From NCBI GenBank assembly GCA_041486305.1, contig JBGPLG010000001.1, forward strand, positions 84,429-148,428: a DNA stretch of 64,000 nt, read 5' to 3'. A model generated the notes under the pieces. It had not been told where the DNA came from. It saw only the letters and a list, made by a program, of their open reading frames with translations, and made no database searches. Both the position numbers and the translations under genes were made by a program. Every line of letters starts with the position of its first letter. Within the stretch, counting starts at the first letter, position 1. The DNA is from Gemmatimonadota bacterium (GTDB taxonomy: Bacteria > Gemmatimonadota > Gemmatimonadetes > Gemmatimonadales > GWC2-71-9). Shown here piece by piece: positions 52,249 to 61,499 of the stretch.

Positions 52249-54141
52249 ATGGCCCGACGCTTCGTGGTCGGTGCCGCGGCGGTCATTCTGCTGGCATCAG
52301 CATCGGCATTCAGTCCGGCGGCCCCGCCAGCCCCGATCCGGATCTCACCCAACGACAATCGCGTGCCGGCCGGCGCCATGCAGGGAGACACCCTGCGGCT
52401 GCGGCTGGTGGTGGGGCGGGCCGAGTGGTATCCCGAGGACTCGACCGGCCCCCACATCACAGTGGAAGCGTTCGGTGAAGAGGGCAAGGCGCCGAGCATC
52501 CCCGCGCCGCTGATCCGAGTGGGTGCCGGCACCCCGATTCACGCCACGATCCACAACGCGCTCTCGGATTCCACCATTCACGTGATCGGGCTGGCGACCC
52601 AGCCGATCCCGGCCTCCGATACCCTGCACCTGGCGCCGGGCGAATCGGCGGAAGTCACCTTTCCGGCCGGCGCGCCGGGCACCTATCTCTACCGCGCCGT
52701 GATCGGCAACGACCCGGACGGGCGTCCCTCCGAGCGGGAGACGGCCAATGGCGCCTTCGTCGTGGATCCTCCAGAAGGCTCGCCGCCGGACCGGATCTTC
52801 GTTATCAACATCGTGGCCTACGATATGGACTCGCTGCGAGTGCGCCAGGCGGTTGGATTCAATGGGCGCTCCTGGCCGTATACCGAGCGGCTGGCGCTGA
52901 CGGTGGGCGACACGGTGCACTGGCGGATCGTCAACGGCTCGACCCGGGGCCACCCGATACACCTGCACGGCTTCTACTTCAAGCTGAACGCCGCCGGGAA
53001 CGGATTGTCCAGCCGCGCCATTCCGGAATCCCAGCAACGGCTCAGCGTCACCGAGCAGTTTCCGCCTTGGAATACCAGGACGTACACCTGGTCGCCCGAC
53101 CGCCCGGGAAACTGGCTGCTGCACTGTCACCTGACGTTTCACGTGACGCCGGAGGTGCGGCTCGACCACGCCGAGGACACCGAGCACCAGGATCACTCCG
53201 GCAGCGCCGCCGAGCACATGGCTGGGCTGGTGCTCGGTATCCAGGTGGCGCCTCGCCCGGGGGAGAGGTACACCAGGACCGGGACACCGCGGCGGCTCGA
53301 CCTGTATGCGCACCAGGGGCCCGCGAGGGGCACGATGCCGATGACCTACAGCTATGTCCTGCAGCGCGGCCCGGCGCCGCCGGCCCGCGATTCGATCGAG
53401 ATTCCGAGCTCCATCATCGTGGTGACCCGGGGCCAGCCCACCGACATCGTGGTGCACAATCAGAGCCCCCAATCCACCGGCATCCACTGGCATGGCATCG
53501 AGCTGGAGAGCTGGTCGGATGGCGTGGTGGGATGGAGCAATCAGGGCAGCGCCATGGCGCCCCCGATCGTGCCGGGCGATTCGTTCCGCGCCCGGCTCAC
53601 GCTGCCGCGCGCCGGCACGTTCATGTATCACACCCATCTGAACGATGCGAAGCAGCTGACCGGCGGGGCGGCGGGGCCACTGCTGGTGCTGGAGCCGGGT
53701 GAGGTTTTCGACCCGGCCCGGGATCACGTCTACCTCGCCACCTGGAGCGGTCGCGGGCCGGGGATGGCCCCGCCTCCGCCTCCGCATCTGATCGTCAATG
53801 GGGACACCGCCGTGTCCGCCGCCGGGGAACTCGCGGCCGGGATCACCCACCGATTCCGCTTCATCAACATCGGAGCCGCCCTGAACGTCAGGTTTCAGCT
53901 CCGCCGAGACACGGTCCTGGTCCCATGGAAGGCGCTGGCCGAAGACGGCGCCGACCTTCCGATGGATCTTCGGGTCGTGAAGCCGGCCGACCAGGGGGTC
54001 GCGGTCGGGGAAACGTTCGACTTCGAGTTTACCCCGCCGGCGCCCGGAGTCTACGAGCTTACCGCGGGCTTCATCCCGCCAGCGGGCGCTCCGCCGCTCG
54101 GCGCCCGACAGCGCTGGAGGCAACGCCTGGTGGTGAGGTGA
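52249..54141 (+). CDS. multicopper oxidase domain protein (ligand order as in type-C two-domain MCOs)
   Basis: Signal MARRFVVGAAAVILLASASA. Full ligand set in the order HPIHLHG (H235/238/240), HCHLTFH (H292-C293-H294, H298), HWHG (H413/415), YHTH (H461/463). Confidence 0.85.
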   Translation: MARRFVVGAAAVILLASASAFSPAAPPAPIRISPNDNRVPAGAMQGDTLRLRLVVGRAEWYPEDSTGPHITVEAFGEEGKAPSIPAPLIRVGAGTPIHATIHNALSDSTIHVIGLATQPIPASDTLHLAPGESAEVTFPAGAPGTYLYRAVIGNDPDGRPSERETANGAFVVDPPEGSPPDRIFVINIVAYDMDSLRVRQAVGFNGRSWPYTERLALTVGDTVHWRIVNGSTRGHPIHLHGFYFKLNAAGNGLSSRAIPESQQRLSVTEQFPPWNTRTYTWSPDRPGNWLLHCHLTFHVTPEVRLDHAEDTEHQDHSGSAAEHMAGLVLGIQVAPRPGERYTRTGTPRRLDLYAHQGPARGTMPMTYSYVLQRGPAPPARDSIEIPSSIIVVTRGQPTDIVVHNQSPQSTGIHWHGIELESWSDGVVGWSNQGSAMAPPIVPGDSFRARLTLPRAGTFMYHTHLNDAKQLTGGAAGPLLVLEPGEVFDPARDHVYLATWSGRGPGMAPPPPPHLIVNGDTAVSAAGELAAGITHRFRFINIGAALNVRFQLRRDTVLVPWKALAEDGADLPMDLRVVKPADQGVAVGETFDFEFTPPAPGVYELTAGFIPPAGAPPLGARQRWRQRLVVR

Positions 54142-54162
54142 GCGGCAGCGCTGCGGCCGCGG

Positions 54163-55563
54163 CTACCTCGGCGGCTCCACCGGCACCGCGATCCGGCGCC
54201 ACTTCCCCTGCCGGAACCGGAGCACGCTCAGGGTGCAGCGGGTGGCGTGGCCGATGACGATGGCGAGCCAGACGTCGGAAGGCACCAGGGGCCGCAGCGA
54301 TTGCAGGATCGAGAGCAACCCGATGGGAATGAGAAACTGCGACACGATCGAGATATAGAGCGGACTCTTGGTGTCGCCGGTGCCCTGGAGCCCGCCGGTG
54401 TAGGTGAGCGCCACCGTGATGAAGAGGCCCGAGACGCTGAGGAACGCGAGCAGCTGGACCCCGATCGCGAGCACGCCGGGCTGATTCAAACCGAAGAAGC
54501 CGAACAGCGCGTGCGGGACGAGGAGAAAGAGGAGTCCGACGACTGTGGCAATGGCGACTCCGACTCGCGCGGCGGTCTGGACCGCGCGAATGCTGCGTTC
54601 GGGGTGACCGGCGCCCAGGTTCTGGCCGGCCAGCGCGGCCGTGGCCCCCATCAGCCCGACCGAGGTCCAGGTGACCAGCGAGAAGAGCTCGGTGTAGCCG
54701 ACCGCGTAGGCCGCTTGGGCCTCGGCGCTTTGCGCCACCGAGCCGAGGAAGCGGAGCAGCATCACGCCGGCCACGTTCATGGCGATGCCCTGCAGCCCGG
54801 TCGGGAGGCCGAACTTGAAGAGGGACTTGATGATTGCCCAGTCCGGCTTCCAGCTCTGGCCCCGGAAGTCGATGACCCAGCGGCCGCTGAAGAGCTTCAC
54901 CAGGGCGTAGAGACTCACCAGCGCGCCGGCGGTCACGGTCCCCATCGCGGCGCCCTTGGTGCCGAAGGCGGGGATCGGCCCCAGGCCGCGAATGAGGACC
55001 ACGTTGAGCCCGACATTGAGGGCGGTGAGCCCGATACCCAGCTTGAGCGGGGTCCGCGCGTCTCCCGCGGAGCGGAGCGCGCCGCCGAGCATGAAGAAGA
55101 GCATCATGCCCAGGCCGAACACGAACATGATCCGGAGGAAGGGCAGCGCCTGGGCCTGGACCGCCGGCGCCGCGTTCACCAGGCCGAGCAGGTGGGGCGC
55201 CAGGAAATAGCCGACCGGCGCCAGGAATCCCAGGCAGAGCGCCACGGCGGTGATGAAGGCCTGTACCGCGGTGCGGTTGACCGCCTCCTCGTTGTTGGCG
55301 CCGGTGTACCGGGCGATGAGCACGCCCATGCCGGTGAAGATCGAGGCGATGAACACCATGACGACGAGGAATATCTGGAAGGCCACCCCGATGCCGGCGT
55401 TGCCGGTAAAGCCGACCAGGTGGCCCACCAGCGCATGATCCACCACGCCCTGGAGGCCGCCGATCATGTTCTGGAGGACCGACGGCCACGCCAGCTTCCA
55501 GACGGCCGTACGGATGGGACCTTCGACGAGGGAGCGGTCGAACCGCGAGGTCTTGGTCGCCAT
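54163..55563 (-). CDS. MATE family efflux transporter
   Basis: 466 aa, 12 TM. N-terminus GPIRTAVWKLAWPSVLQNMIGGLQGVVDHALVGHL is typical of NorM/DinF-type MATE proteins. Confidence 0.92.
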   Translation of the reverse strand: MATKTSRFDRSLVEGPIRTAVWKLAWPSVLQNMIGGLQGVVDHALVGHLVGFTGNAGIGVAFQIFLVVMVFIASIFTGMGVLIARYTGANNEEAVNRTAVQAFITAVALCLGFLAPVGYFLAPHLLGLVNAAPAVQAQALPFLRIMFVFGLGMMLFFMLGGALRSAGDARTPLKLGIGLTALNVGLNVVLIRGLGPIPAFGTKGAAMGTVTAGALVSLYALVKLFSGRWVIDFRGQSWKPDWAIIKSLFKFGLPTGLQGIAMNVAGVMLLRFLGSVAQSAEAQAAYAVGYTELFSLVTWTSVGLMGATAALAGQNLGAGHPERSIRAVQTAARVGVAIATVVGLLFLLVPHALFGFFGLNQPGVLAIGVQLLAFLSVSGLFITVALTYTGGLQGTGDTKSPLYISIVSQFLIPIGLLSILQSLRPLVPSDVWLAIVIGHATRCTLSVLRFRQGKWRRIAVPVEPPR

Positions 55564-55583
55564 GGAGCGGGAAAGGTAATCTT

Positions 55584-55820
55584 ATGAGCTTTCGGCGCTT
55601 CACCGATTGTGACAAGCAGGACTGGGAAATCCGGCCGGTGTCCAGCAGCGTGTGGGAGTTGAGTCCCATGGGAGAGAATGTCGGACGGCCCCGGACCGTG
55701 GCGGCCCCGGGGTACGAGAAGGATCCCTGGGAGATGAGCCAGGAGGAGCTGCAACGGCTGCTGGACGCGAGCGCGGCTACCCAGGTACGGTCCCGGAAGA
55801 ATCCCTTCGGTGACGCGTGA
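55584..55820 (+). CDS. small hypothetical protein (78 aa)
   Basis: GC3-biased codons and plausible composition. Its stop overlaps the GTG of the downstream ATPase (GTGA). No family recognised. Confidence 0.55.
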   Translation: MSFRRFTDCDKQDWEIRPVSSSVWELSPMGENVGRPRTVAAPGYEKDPWEMSQEELQRLLDASAATQVRSRKNPFGDA

Positions 55821-56380
55821 AGATCGCCTTCATCGGCTCCCACGGCGTCGGCAAGACCACGCTCTGCTACGACCTCGCCTCCCGGCTCAAGCGCCAGGAC
55901 CGGGCCGTGGACCTGGTCAAGGAGGTGGCCCGCCGCTGCCCGCTCCCGATCAACCGGGAGACCACGCTCCCGGCCCAGGCCTGGATCCTCCACACCCAGA
56001 TCGCCGACGAGATCGCGGCCGCCGCGCAGAACGAGGTGGTGATCTGCGACCGCTCGGTGCTCGACAACTACGCCTACCTGGTTCATCAGGCCGGACGGCT
56101 TCCCGAGTACGATGCGCTGGTGAAGGAATGGGTGGGCACCTACGACCGGCTGTTCAAGGTGCCGATCATCGATGCCCCGACGTTCGACGGCCAGCGCGAC
56201 GTGAGCCGGACCTTTCAGCAGGACATCGACGGGGTCATTGACCGGCTGGTCCTGGAGCTCGGCGTGGTCTGCCATCGGCTGGATCCGGCGGCCCGGGATG
56301 CCTGGGTGGACACCGTGCTCACGTCGAGCGGTCTTCCGCTCCATCCGCCACAGATCGACCTCTTCCCCGCCCGCACCTAG
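55817..56380 (+). CDS. P-loop NTPase (AAA_28/NadR-kinase-like ATP-binding protein)
   Basis: Walker A in MKIAFIGSHGVGKTTL, Walker B-like VVICDRS. 187 aa, single domain. Confidence 0.75.
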   Translation: MKIAFIGSHGVGKTTLCYDLASRLKRQDRAVDLVKEVARRCPLPINRETTLPAQAWILHTQIADEIAAAAQNEVVICDRSVLDNYAYLVHQAGRLPEYDALVKEWVGTYDRLFKVPIIDAPTFDGQRDVSRTFQQDIDGVIDRLVLELGVVCHRLDPAARDAWVDTVLTSSGLPLHPPQIDLFPART

Positions 56381-56387
56381 AGACCCG

Positions 56388-57359
56388 ATGCTCCGGGCCA
56401 TCGGCGGTCTCCTGCTCGGATGCGCGCTGACCCAGTGCAGTCACCTGAGCCGCCGCGCCACGATCTACTACACGGCGGCCGCGATCCGGCTTTCCCCCAA
56501 CCCGGTGCGGTTCACGCTCACGCGGTCGTTCATCGAGGCCTACCGGGACCGGGTGACGATCGAGACCAGCTTCACGGTCGACGACGCGAGCGGCGGACCC
56601 TCGCCGAACCTCTTCGACGGTGACTTCCACTTCTCCGGGCGCGCCCCCGAGATCGGGCTCCGGTCGGTGGGAGAGATCGCGAACGCGGCCGAGGAGGACA
56701 GCGCGGTGGCGCTGATCAAGCGGTCGGCGAAGAGCCATCGCCCGCTCCGGCTCACCGGCGCGTGGCGGCTCTGGCCGGAGCATGCCCTGGGCGCACCCGA
56801 GCAACAGGGTCGGCCGGTGCCGCCACTCGAGAACCCCTATCCCGACCACGTGTTCGAGGTTCACCCGGTTACCAGGGTGGAGGGCATCGACCTGTCGGGC
56901 ACCCTGCACCCGGTCGAGGGCTATCGGGCGGGCGCCGCCAAGCGGACCTTCAACCTGTACCAGGACGCCAGGCTCACCCTGCGGGTGACTCCCACGACCG
57001 TCACCCTCGACACGCCTCCCGCGCTCTTCAACGACGTCCATTTCCTCATGGAGATCGGCGGGGCGAGGCAGGAGGTCGTGGAGGGCGGACGCTTCGTGAC
57101 CGCCTCGGCCCTCGACACCGACGGAAATCTCCTGGTCGAGGGGCTCCGGATGGTCTTCCTCGCGGGAACCCCGCCCGAGCTGGCGGTTCGCCGGGCCAGG
57201 CCCGGGACCCGGTTCCACGTCGTGGGGCTGCCCCGGGTGAGCTTCGCGGAGATCTCCCGCCGGGTCCGCGCGGCCGGAGCCAGCCGGCTTCCCATCGAGG
57301 GCCCGCTGCCCTACGAGCTGGTCATTGTCGCCGTGTACCCGACGGTTTCGGTGCCGTGA
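56388..57359 (+). CDS. hypothetical lipoprotein
   Basis: Internal ATG in the frame of ORF 56238-57359. Canonical lipobox MLRAIGGLLLGCAL. His-containing motifs DGDFHFSGR, WRLWPEH and HVFEVHPV. No family recognised. Confidence 0.65.
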   Translation: MLRAIGGLLLGCALTQCSHLSRRATIYYTAAAIRLSPNPVRFTLTRSFIEAYRDRVTIETSFTVDDASGGPSPNLFDGDFHFSGRAPEIGLRSVGEIANAAEEDSAVALIKRSAKSHRPLRLTGAWRLWPEHALGAPEQQGRPVPPLENPYPDHVFEVHPVTRVEGIDLSGTLHPVEGYRAGAAKRTFNLYQDARLTLRVTPTTVTLDTPPALFNDVHFLMEIGGARQEVVEGGRFVTASALDTDGNLLVEGLRMVFLAGTPPELAVRRARPGTRFHVVGLPRVSFAEISRRVRAAGASRLPIEGPLPYELVIVAVYPTVSVP

Positions 57360-57550
57360 TCGCCTGGAACGGCGCCCGCCGCGGGGATATCCTTCACCCC
57401 GGCAATCAGCGCGGAGGGCGACATTTGGAAGTCCCGTACCACCATGCTCCGCCGCGGCCCGCGCCGGCCGGGACCGACCGCATGCTGGCGACCGGCGTGC
57501 AGGTGATCCATTAGGCCCCCCCGGAGCGCCTTCGGCGCGGTGCCGCGCTG

Positions 57551-58642
57551 ATGTGGGATCTGCCGACCCCCGCGCTGATCCTCGATCTGGACGCGATGAC
57601 CCGCAACCTGGACAAGATGGCGGGCCATTGTCGCGCCGCGAACGTGCGGCTCCGGCCCCACGCCAAGACCCACAAGAGCCCGGTGATCGCGAAGGCGCAG
57701 CTGGTGCGCGGGGCGACGGGCATCTGCGTGGCCAAGCTCAGCGAAGCGGAGATGATGATCGGCGCGGGGATCACCGACATCCTGGTCACCACCGGGATCG
57801 TGGACCCGCTCCGGATCCGCCGGCTGGTGGCGCTGGCCGGCACCCACCCCACCCTCCGTGCGGTCACCGACCACGCGGCCAACGTGGACCTGCTCGCCTC
57901 GGCGGCCGCGACGGCGAAGGTCAGGCTCGGCGTGCTGATCGATCTCAACTGCGGCGCCAACCGGACCGGCGTGGCGATGGGCGCGGTGGCCGTGGCGCTG
58001 GCGGAGCACGTGACGCGGAAGCCATCGCTCCGGCTGGAGGGGTTCCAGGCCTTTGCATCGCACGTGGTGCACCGGCACGGCTATCACGAGCGGCGCCGGG
58101 CCGACCTGGAGGCGCTGGCGGGCGCGGTGGAAACCCGGAAACTGGCGGAGCGCGCCGGGCTCGACGTGCCGGTGCTCTCGGTCGGCGGCACCGGCACCTG
58201 GGACATCGATGTCGCGGTGGAGGGCGTGACCGAGGTCCAGTCCGGCTCCTACGTCTTCATGGATGCGATGTATCGCGCCATCGGCGGCAAGGGCGGGCCG
58301 GTCTTCGACGACTTCGAGCCGGCCCTGTTCGTGCTGACCACGGCGATCAGCCAGCCGGGCGTGGGCGAGATCACCGTGGATGCGGGTTACAAGGCGTCGG
58401 CGACCGACCACCAGCCGCCGGAGCCCTGGGGCGTGGGCCAGGTGACCTACCGCTGGGCCGGGGACGAACACGGGATTCTCACGCTGACGCGCCCCTCGCG
58501 CCCCATCAATATCGGGGACCGGATTCTCATGGTAGCGAGCCACTGCGATCCCACCGTGAATCTCTACGACTCCTACTGGGTCTGCAGCGGCGAGCGGGTG
58601 GTGGCGCAGTGGCCGGTGGCGGGGCGGGGCATGTCGCAGTGA
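57551..58642 (+). CDS. DSD1-family PLP enzyme (D-serine dehydratase / D-threonine aldolase-like, alanine-racemase N-terminal fold)
   Basis: LPTPALILDLDAMTRNL, the PLP-lysine motif RPHAKTHK, and a C-terminal HCDPTVNLYD. Confidence 0.85.
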   Translation: MWDLPTPALILDLDAMTRNLDKMAGHCRAANVRLRPHAKTHKSPVIAKAQLVRGATGICVAKLSEAEMMIGAGITDILVTTGIVDPLRIRRLVALAGTHPTLRAVTDHAANVDLLASAAATAKVRLGVLIDLNCGANRTGVAMGAVAVALAEHVTRKPSLRLEGFQAFASHVVHRHGYHERRRADLEALAGAVETRKLAERAGLDVPVLSVGGTGTWDIDVAVEGVTEVQSGSYVFMDAMYRAIGGKGGPVFDDFEPALFVLTTAISQPGVGEITVDAGYKASATDHQPPEPWGVGQVTYRWAGDEHGILTLTRPSRPINIGDRILMVASHCDPTVNLYDSYWVCSGERVVAQWPVAGRGMSQ

Positions 58643-59895
58643 GCGGCGCGCCGGGCGCGTCCTACGGGCCGGCGCTGCGGGTTCTGGCCGGGCTTGGGCT
58701 CGGCCTGGCGCTCGGGTTCGCGGCGTCGAGATCGGGATCTCCGGGGCTCCTGGCCCTGACCCGAGCCGTCGAGCCGCTGGGAACACTCTTCGTCAATGCC
58801 ATTCGCATGACCGTCGTGCCCCTGGTGGTCGCGATGCTGCTCACCGGCATCGTGTCCATCAGCGACGCGGGGATGCTGACGCGGCTGGGTCTCCGGAGCC
58901 TGGGGCTGGGGGTCGGGCTCACCGCCGTGGTGGCGGTCTTCGCCATGCTGGTCGCGGCGCCGGTGTTCTCCCGGATGCGAATCGATCCCGTCGTCGCCGA
59001 ATCGCTTCGCCAATCGGCCCTGAACGGCCCGGCGTTCCCGGCGGCCGCGCCGTCGGGTGTGGCCCAGTGGCTCGTCGATCTGGTTCCCGCGAATCCCGTC
59101 AAGGCCGCCGCGGACGGCGCCCTGCTGCCGCTGCTGGTGTTCACCATCCTGTTGGGGTTCGCGCTGACGAGGCTGTCCGTCGAGATCCGCGCGCCGGTGG
59201 TCGGGTTCTTCTCCGGGCTGGGCGAGGCGATGCTGGTGCTGGTGGGGTGGGTCATCCGGCTGGCCCCGCTGGGGGTGCTCGCCCTCGCCGCCCCGCTCGC
59301 CGCCCGGATGGGGTCGGGCGTCGCGGGAGCGCTGCTGTCCTACGTCGCGGTCTCGGCGCTGCTCACCCTCGCGGCGCTGGCCCTGATCGTCTATCCGGCC
59401 ACCATCCTGCTGGGGCGGGTTCCCCTCCGGGACCTGGTTCGCGCGCTGGCGCCGGCGCAGGCCCTGGCGTTCTCGTCCCGCTCGACCATGGCCACTCTCC
59501 CCGCGATGATCGAATCGGTCCGGCGGCTCGGGGTTCCCGGGCCGGTTGCGGCGTTCGTGGTGCCGCTGGCGGCGTCGCTGATTCGGGTGGGGTCGGGTGT
59601 GGGGCAGACCGTGGCGGTGCTGTTCGCGGCGCGGCTCTTCGGTGTGGCCCTCTCACCGTCCCAGCTGGTGACCGTCCTCCTCACGACGGTGGTGACAACA
59701 TTCACCGTCCCGGGTATTCCCGGCGGCAGCATCGTGGTGATGGTCCCCATCCTCGTCTCCGCGGGGGTACCCGCGGTGGCGACGGGCATCCTGCTGGGCG
59801 CGGACGTGATTCCCGACATGTTCCGCACCATGGCGAACGCAACCGGCGGGATCAGCGCGGGCGTGGTGGTGGGAAGGGCAGCCGAGAAAGCGTAG
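58639..59895 (+). CDS. dicarboxylate/amino acid:cation symporter (DAACS, GltP/SstT-like)
   Basis: GTG start in the frame of ORF 57325-59895, with a GTGA overlap on the DSD1 stop. Has LFVNAIRMTVVPLVV, AFSSRSTMATLP and DMFRTMANATG, typical of DAACS. Confidence 0.85.
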   Translation: MSGAPGASYGPALRVLAGLGLGLALGFAASRSGSPGLLALTRAVEPLGTLFVNAIRMTVVPLVVAMLLTGIVSISDAGMLTRLGLRSLGLGVGLTAVVAVFAMLVAAPVFSRMRIDPVVAESLRQSALNGPAFPAAAPSGVAQWLVDLVPANPVKAAADGALLPLLVFTILLGFALTRLSVEIRAPVVGFFSGLGEAMLVLVGWVIRLAPLGVLALAAPLAARMGSGVAGALLSYVAVSALLTLAALALIVYPATILLGRVPLRDLVRALAPAQALAFSSRSTMATLPAMIESVRRLGVPGPVAAFVVPLAASLIRVGSGVGQTVAVLFAARLFGVALSPSQLVTVLLTTVVTTFTVPGIPGGSIVVMVPILVSAGVPAVATGILLGADVIPDMFRTMANATGGISAGVVVGRAAEKA

Positions 59896-59909
59896 GGTAT
59901 ATTCTCCCG

Positions 59910-61499
59910 GTGCTCGCCATCCCCCCCGATCTCGCCGCAGCGCTCGCGGATCGCTACGAGCTTCGCGATCTCCTGGGCCGCGGGGGGATGGCCACGGTCT
60001 ACCTCGCGTTCGACCGGAAGCATCACCGCGTCGTCGCCCTGAAGGTGCTCCGGCCCGAGCTGGCCGCCACGCTCGGCGCCGACCGTTTTCTCAAGGAAAT
60101 CCAGATCGTCGCCCAGCTCACCCACCCGCACATTCTCCCGCTCCACGATTCGGGTGAGGCCGGCGCCTTTCTCTACTACGTGATGCCGTACATCACCGGG
60201 GGCTCGCTCCGGCAGCGGCTCATGGAGCAGGGACCTCTGGACTCGGCTCACGCCCTGGGTATCGCATCGCCGGTCGCCGACGCGCTGACCTACGCCCATG
60301 GCCAGGGGATCCTGCACCGCGACATCAAGCCCGAGAACATTCTCTTTTCCCAGGGCCATGCCATCGTCGCCGACTTCGGCATCGCCAAGGCGGTGAGCAC
60401 CGCCTCGGAGACCCAGCTCACCCGCACCGGCCTCTCTCTTGGCACCCCGGGTTACATGAGCCCGGAGCAGGCCGCAGGCGCGACCGACCTCGATGTCCGG
60501 ACCGACGTCTACAGCCTGGCCGCGGTGGTCTACGAGATGCTGGTGGGAGAGGTGCCGGGCCGCTGGCCCACCGAGGAGGCGGTGCGCTCGGGCCGATTCC
60601 TCGAGGCGCCCGCCTCCCATCGCTCCCGGCTCGCCGGCGCCGGCTCCGCCATCGAGGGTGCCCTGGTGCGCGGGCTGGCGATCAACCAGGCGCGGCGCAC
60701 CGCCTCTCCCCAGGCGCTCATGGGTGAGCTCACCGGGGCGGAGCCGCGGCGGAAGTTCCGCTCCGACGAAGCGGTCGAGATCGTCAAGCGCGCGGCGCTG
60801 CTCGAGGCCGGCAACCCGACCCAGACCGGCGCCATGACCATGGGGGGCGTCGAGGCGCTCGGCGCGGAGGTGGGGATTGCTCCCGAGCTGGTCCGCTCGG
60901 CGGCGCGGCGACTGGAATCACGGGCTACGGGACCGACACAACTCGTCCCGTCTGCGTCCTACAGCCAGGTGGCCGGCGGGCCCACCAAGATCTTCTACGA
61001 GCGGATCGTCGAGGGCGAGCTTCCCGACAGCGAGTTTCCCTATGTCGTCGAGGAGATTCAGCGGGTCATGGGCAATGCCGGACAGGTGAGCCAGCTGGGG
61101 CGCTCGTTCAGCTGGACCATCCGAAGCACCGGGGTGCGCCGCGACATGGAGGTCAGTGTGACGGTGCGGGCCGGTCGCACCCGCATCGCGGTGATGGAGA
61201 ATCTTTCCCAGACCGTCGGTGCCATCTTCGGCGGCATCGGCGGCGGCATGGGCGGCGGCGGGTTCGGCCTCCTGGGCGGCGTGGTGGCAGGCGCGCTCAA
61301 CGCGCCGCTCGCGCTGCTCGTCGCGGTGCCCGCCTGGCTGCTGCTCACCTACGGAACCGCCCGCACCATCTACGCCCGGGCCGCCCGGCGCCGGAACCAC
61401 GAGCTGGAGGCGCTGGCGGACCACCTGGCCTCGGTGATCGAAGAGGAAGTGAATCCCGGCCACCATCGGCTGAACGCCCCCACCCCGGAGCCCCGATGA
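59910..61499 (+). CDS. Ser/Thr protein kinase with unrecognised C-terminal domain and Gly-zipper membrane segment
   Basis: Hanks motifs GRGGMATVYLA, VALK, HRDIKPEN, DFG, GYMSPE. The C-terminal roughly 250 aa have no recognised fold and contain GAIFGGIGGGMGGGGFGLLGGVVAG followed by a TM helix. The GTG start is tentative. Confidence 0.85.
   Translation: MLAIPPDLAAALADRYELRDLLGRGGMATVYLAFDRKHHRVVALKVLRPELAATLGADRFLKEIQIVAQLTHPHILPLHDSGEAGAFLYYVMPYITGGSLRQRLMEQGPLDSAHALGIASPVADALTYAHGQGILHRDIKPENILFSQGHAIVADFGIAKAVSTASETQLTRTGLSLGTPGYMSPEQAAGATDLDVRTDVYSLAAVVYEMLVGEVPGRWPTEEAVRSGRFLEAPASHRSRLAGAGSAIEGALVRGLAINQARRTASPQALMGELTGAEPRRKFRSDEAVEIVKRAALLEAGNPTQTGAMTMGGVEALGAEVGIAPELVRSAARRLESRATGPTQLVPSASYSQVAGGPTKIFYERIVEGELPDSEFPYVVEEIQRVMGNAGQVSQLGRSFSWTIRSTGVRRDMEVSVTVRAGRTRIAVMENLSQTVGAIFGGIGGGMGGGGFGLLGGVVAGALNAPLALLVAVPAWLLLTYGTARTIYARAARRRNHELEALADHLASVIEEEVNPGHHRLNAPTPEPR

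Noticed and set aside
57311-57510. A 66-codon minus-strand ORF (MDHLHAGRQHAV...TATMTSS) in the gap before the DSD1 gene.
   Set aside because: It has no recognisable domain, overlaps the lipoprotein 3' end by 49 nt, and is the tail of a long antisense shadow ORF. It is kept only as a possible remnant in a low-interest finding.
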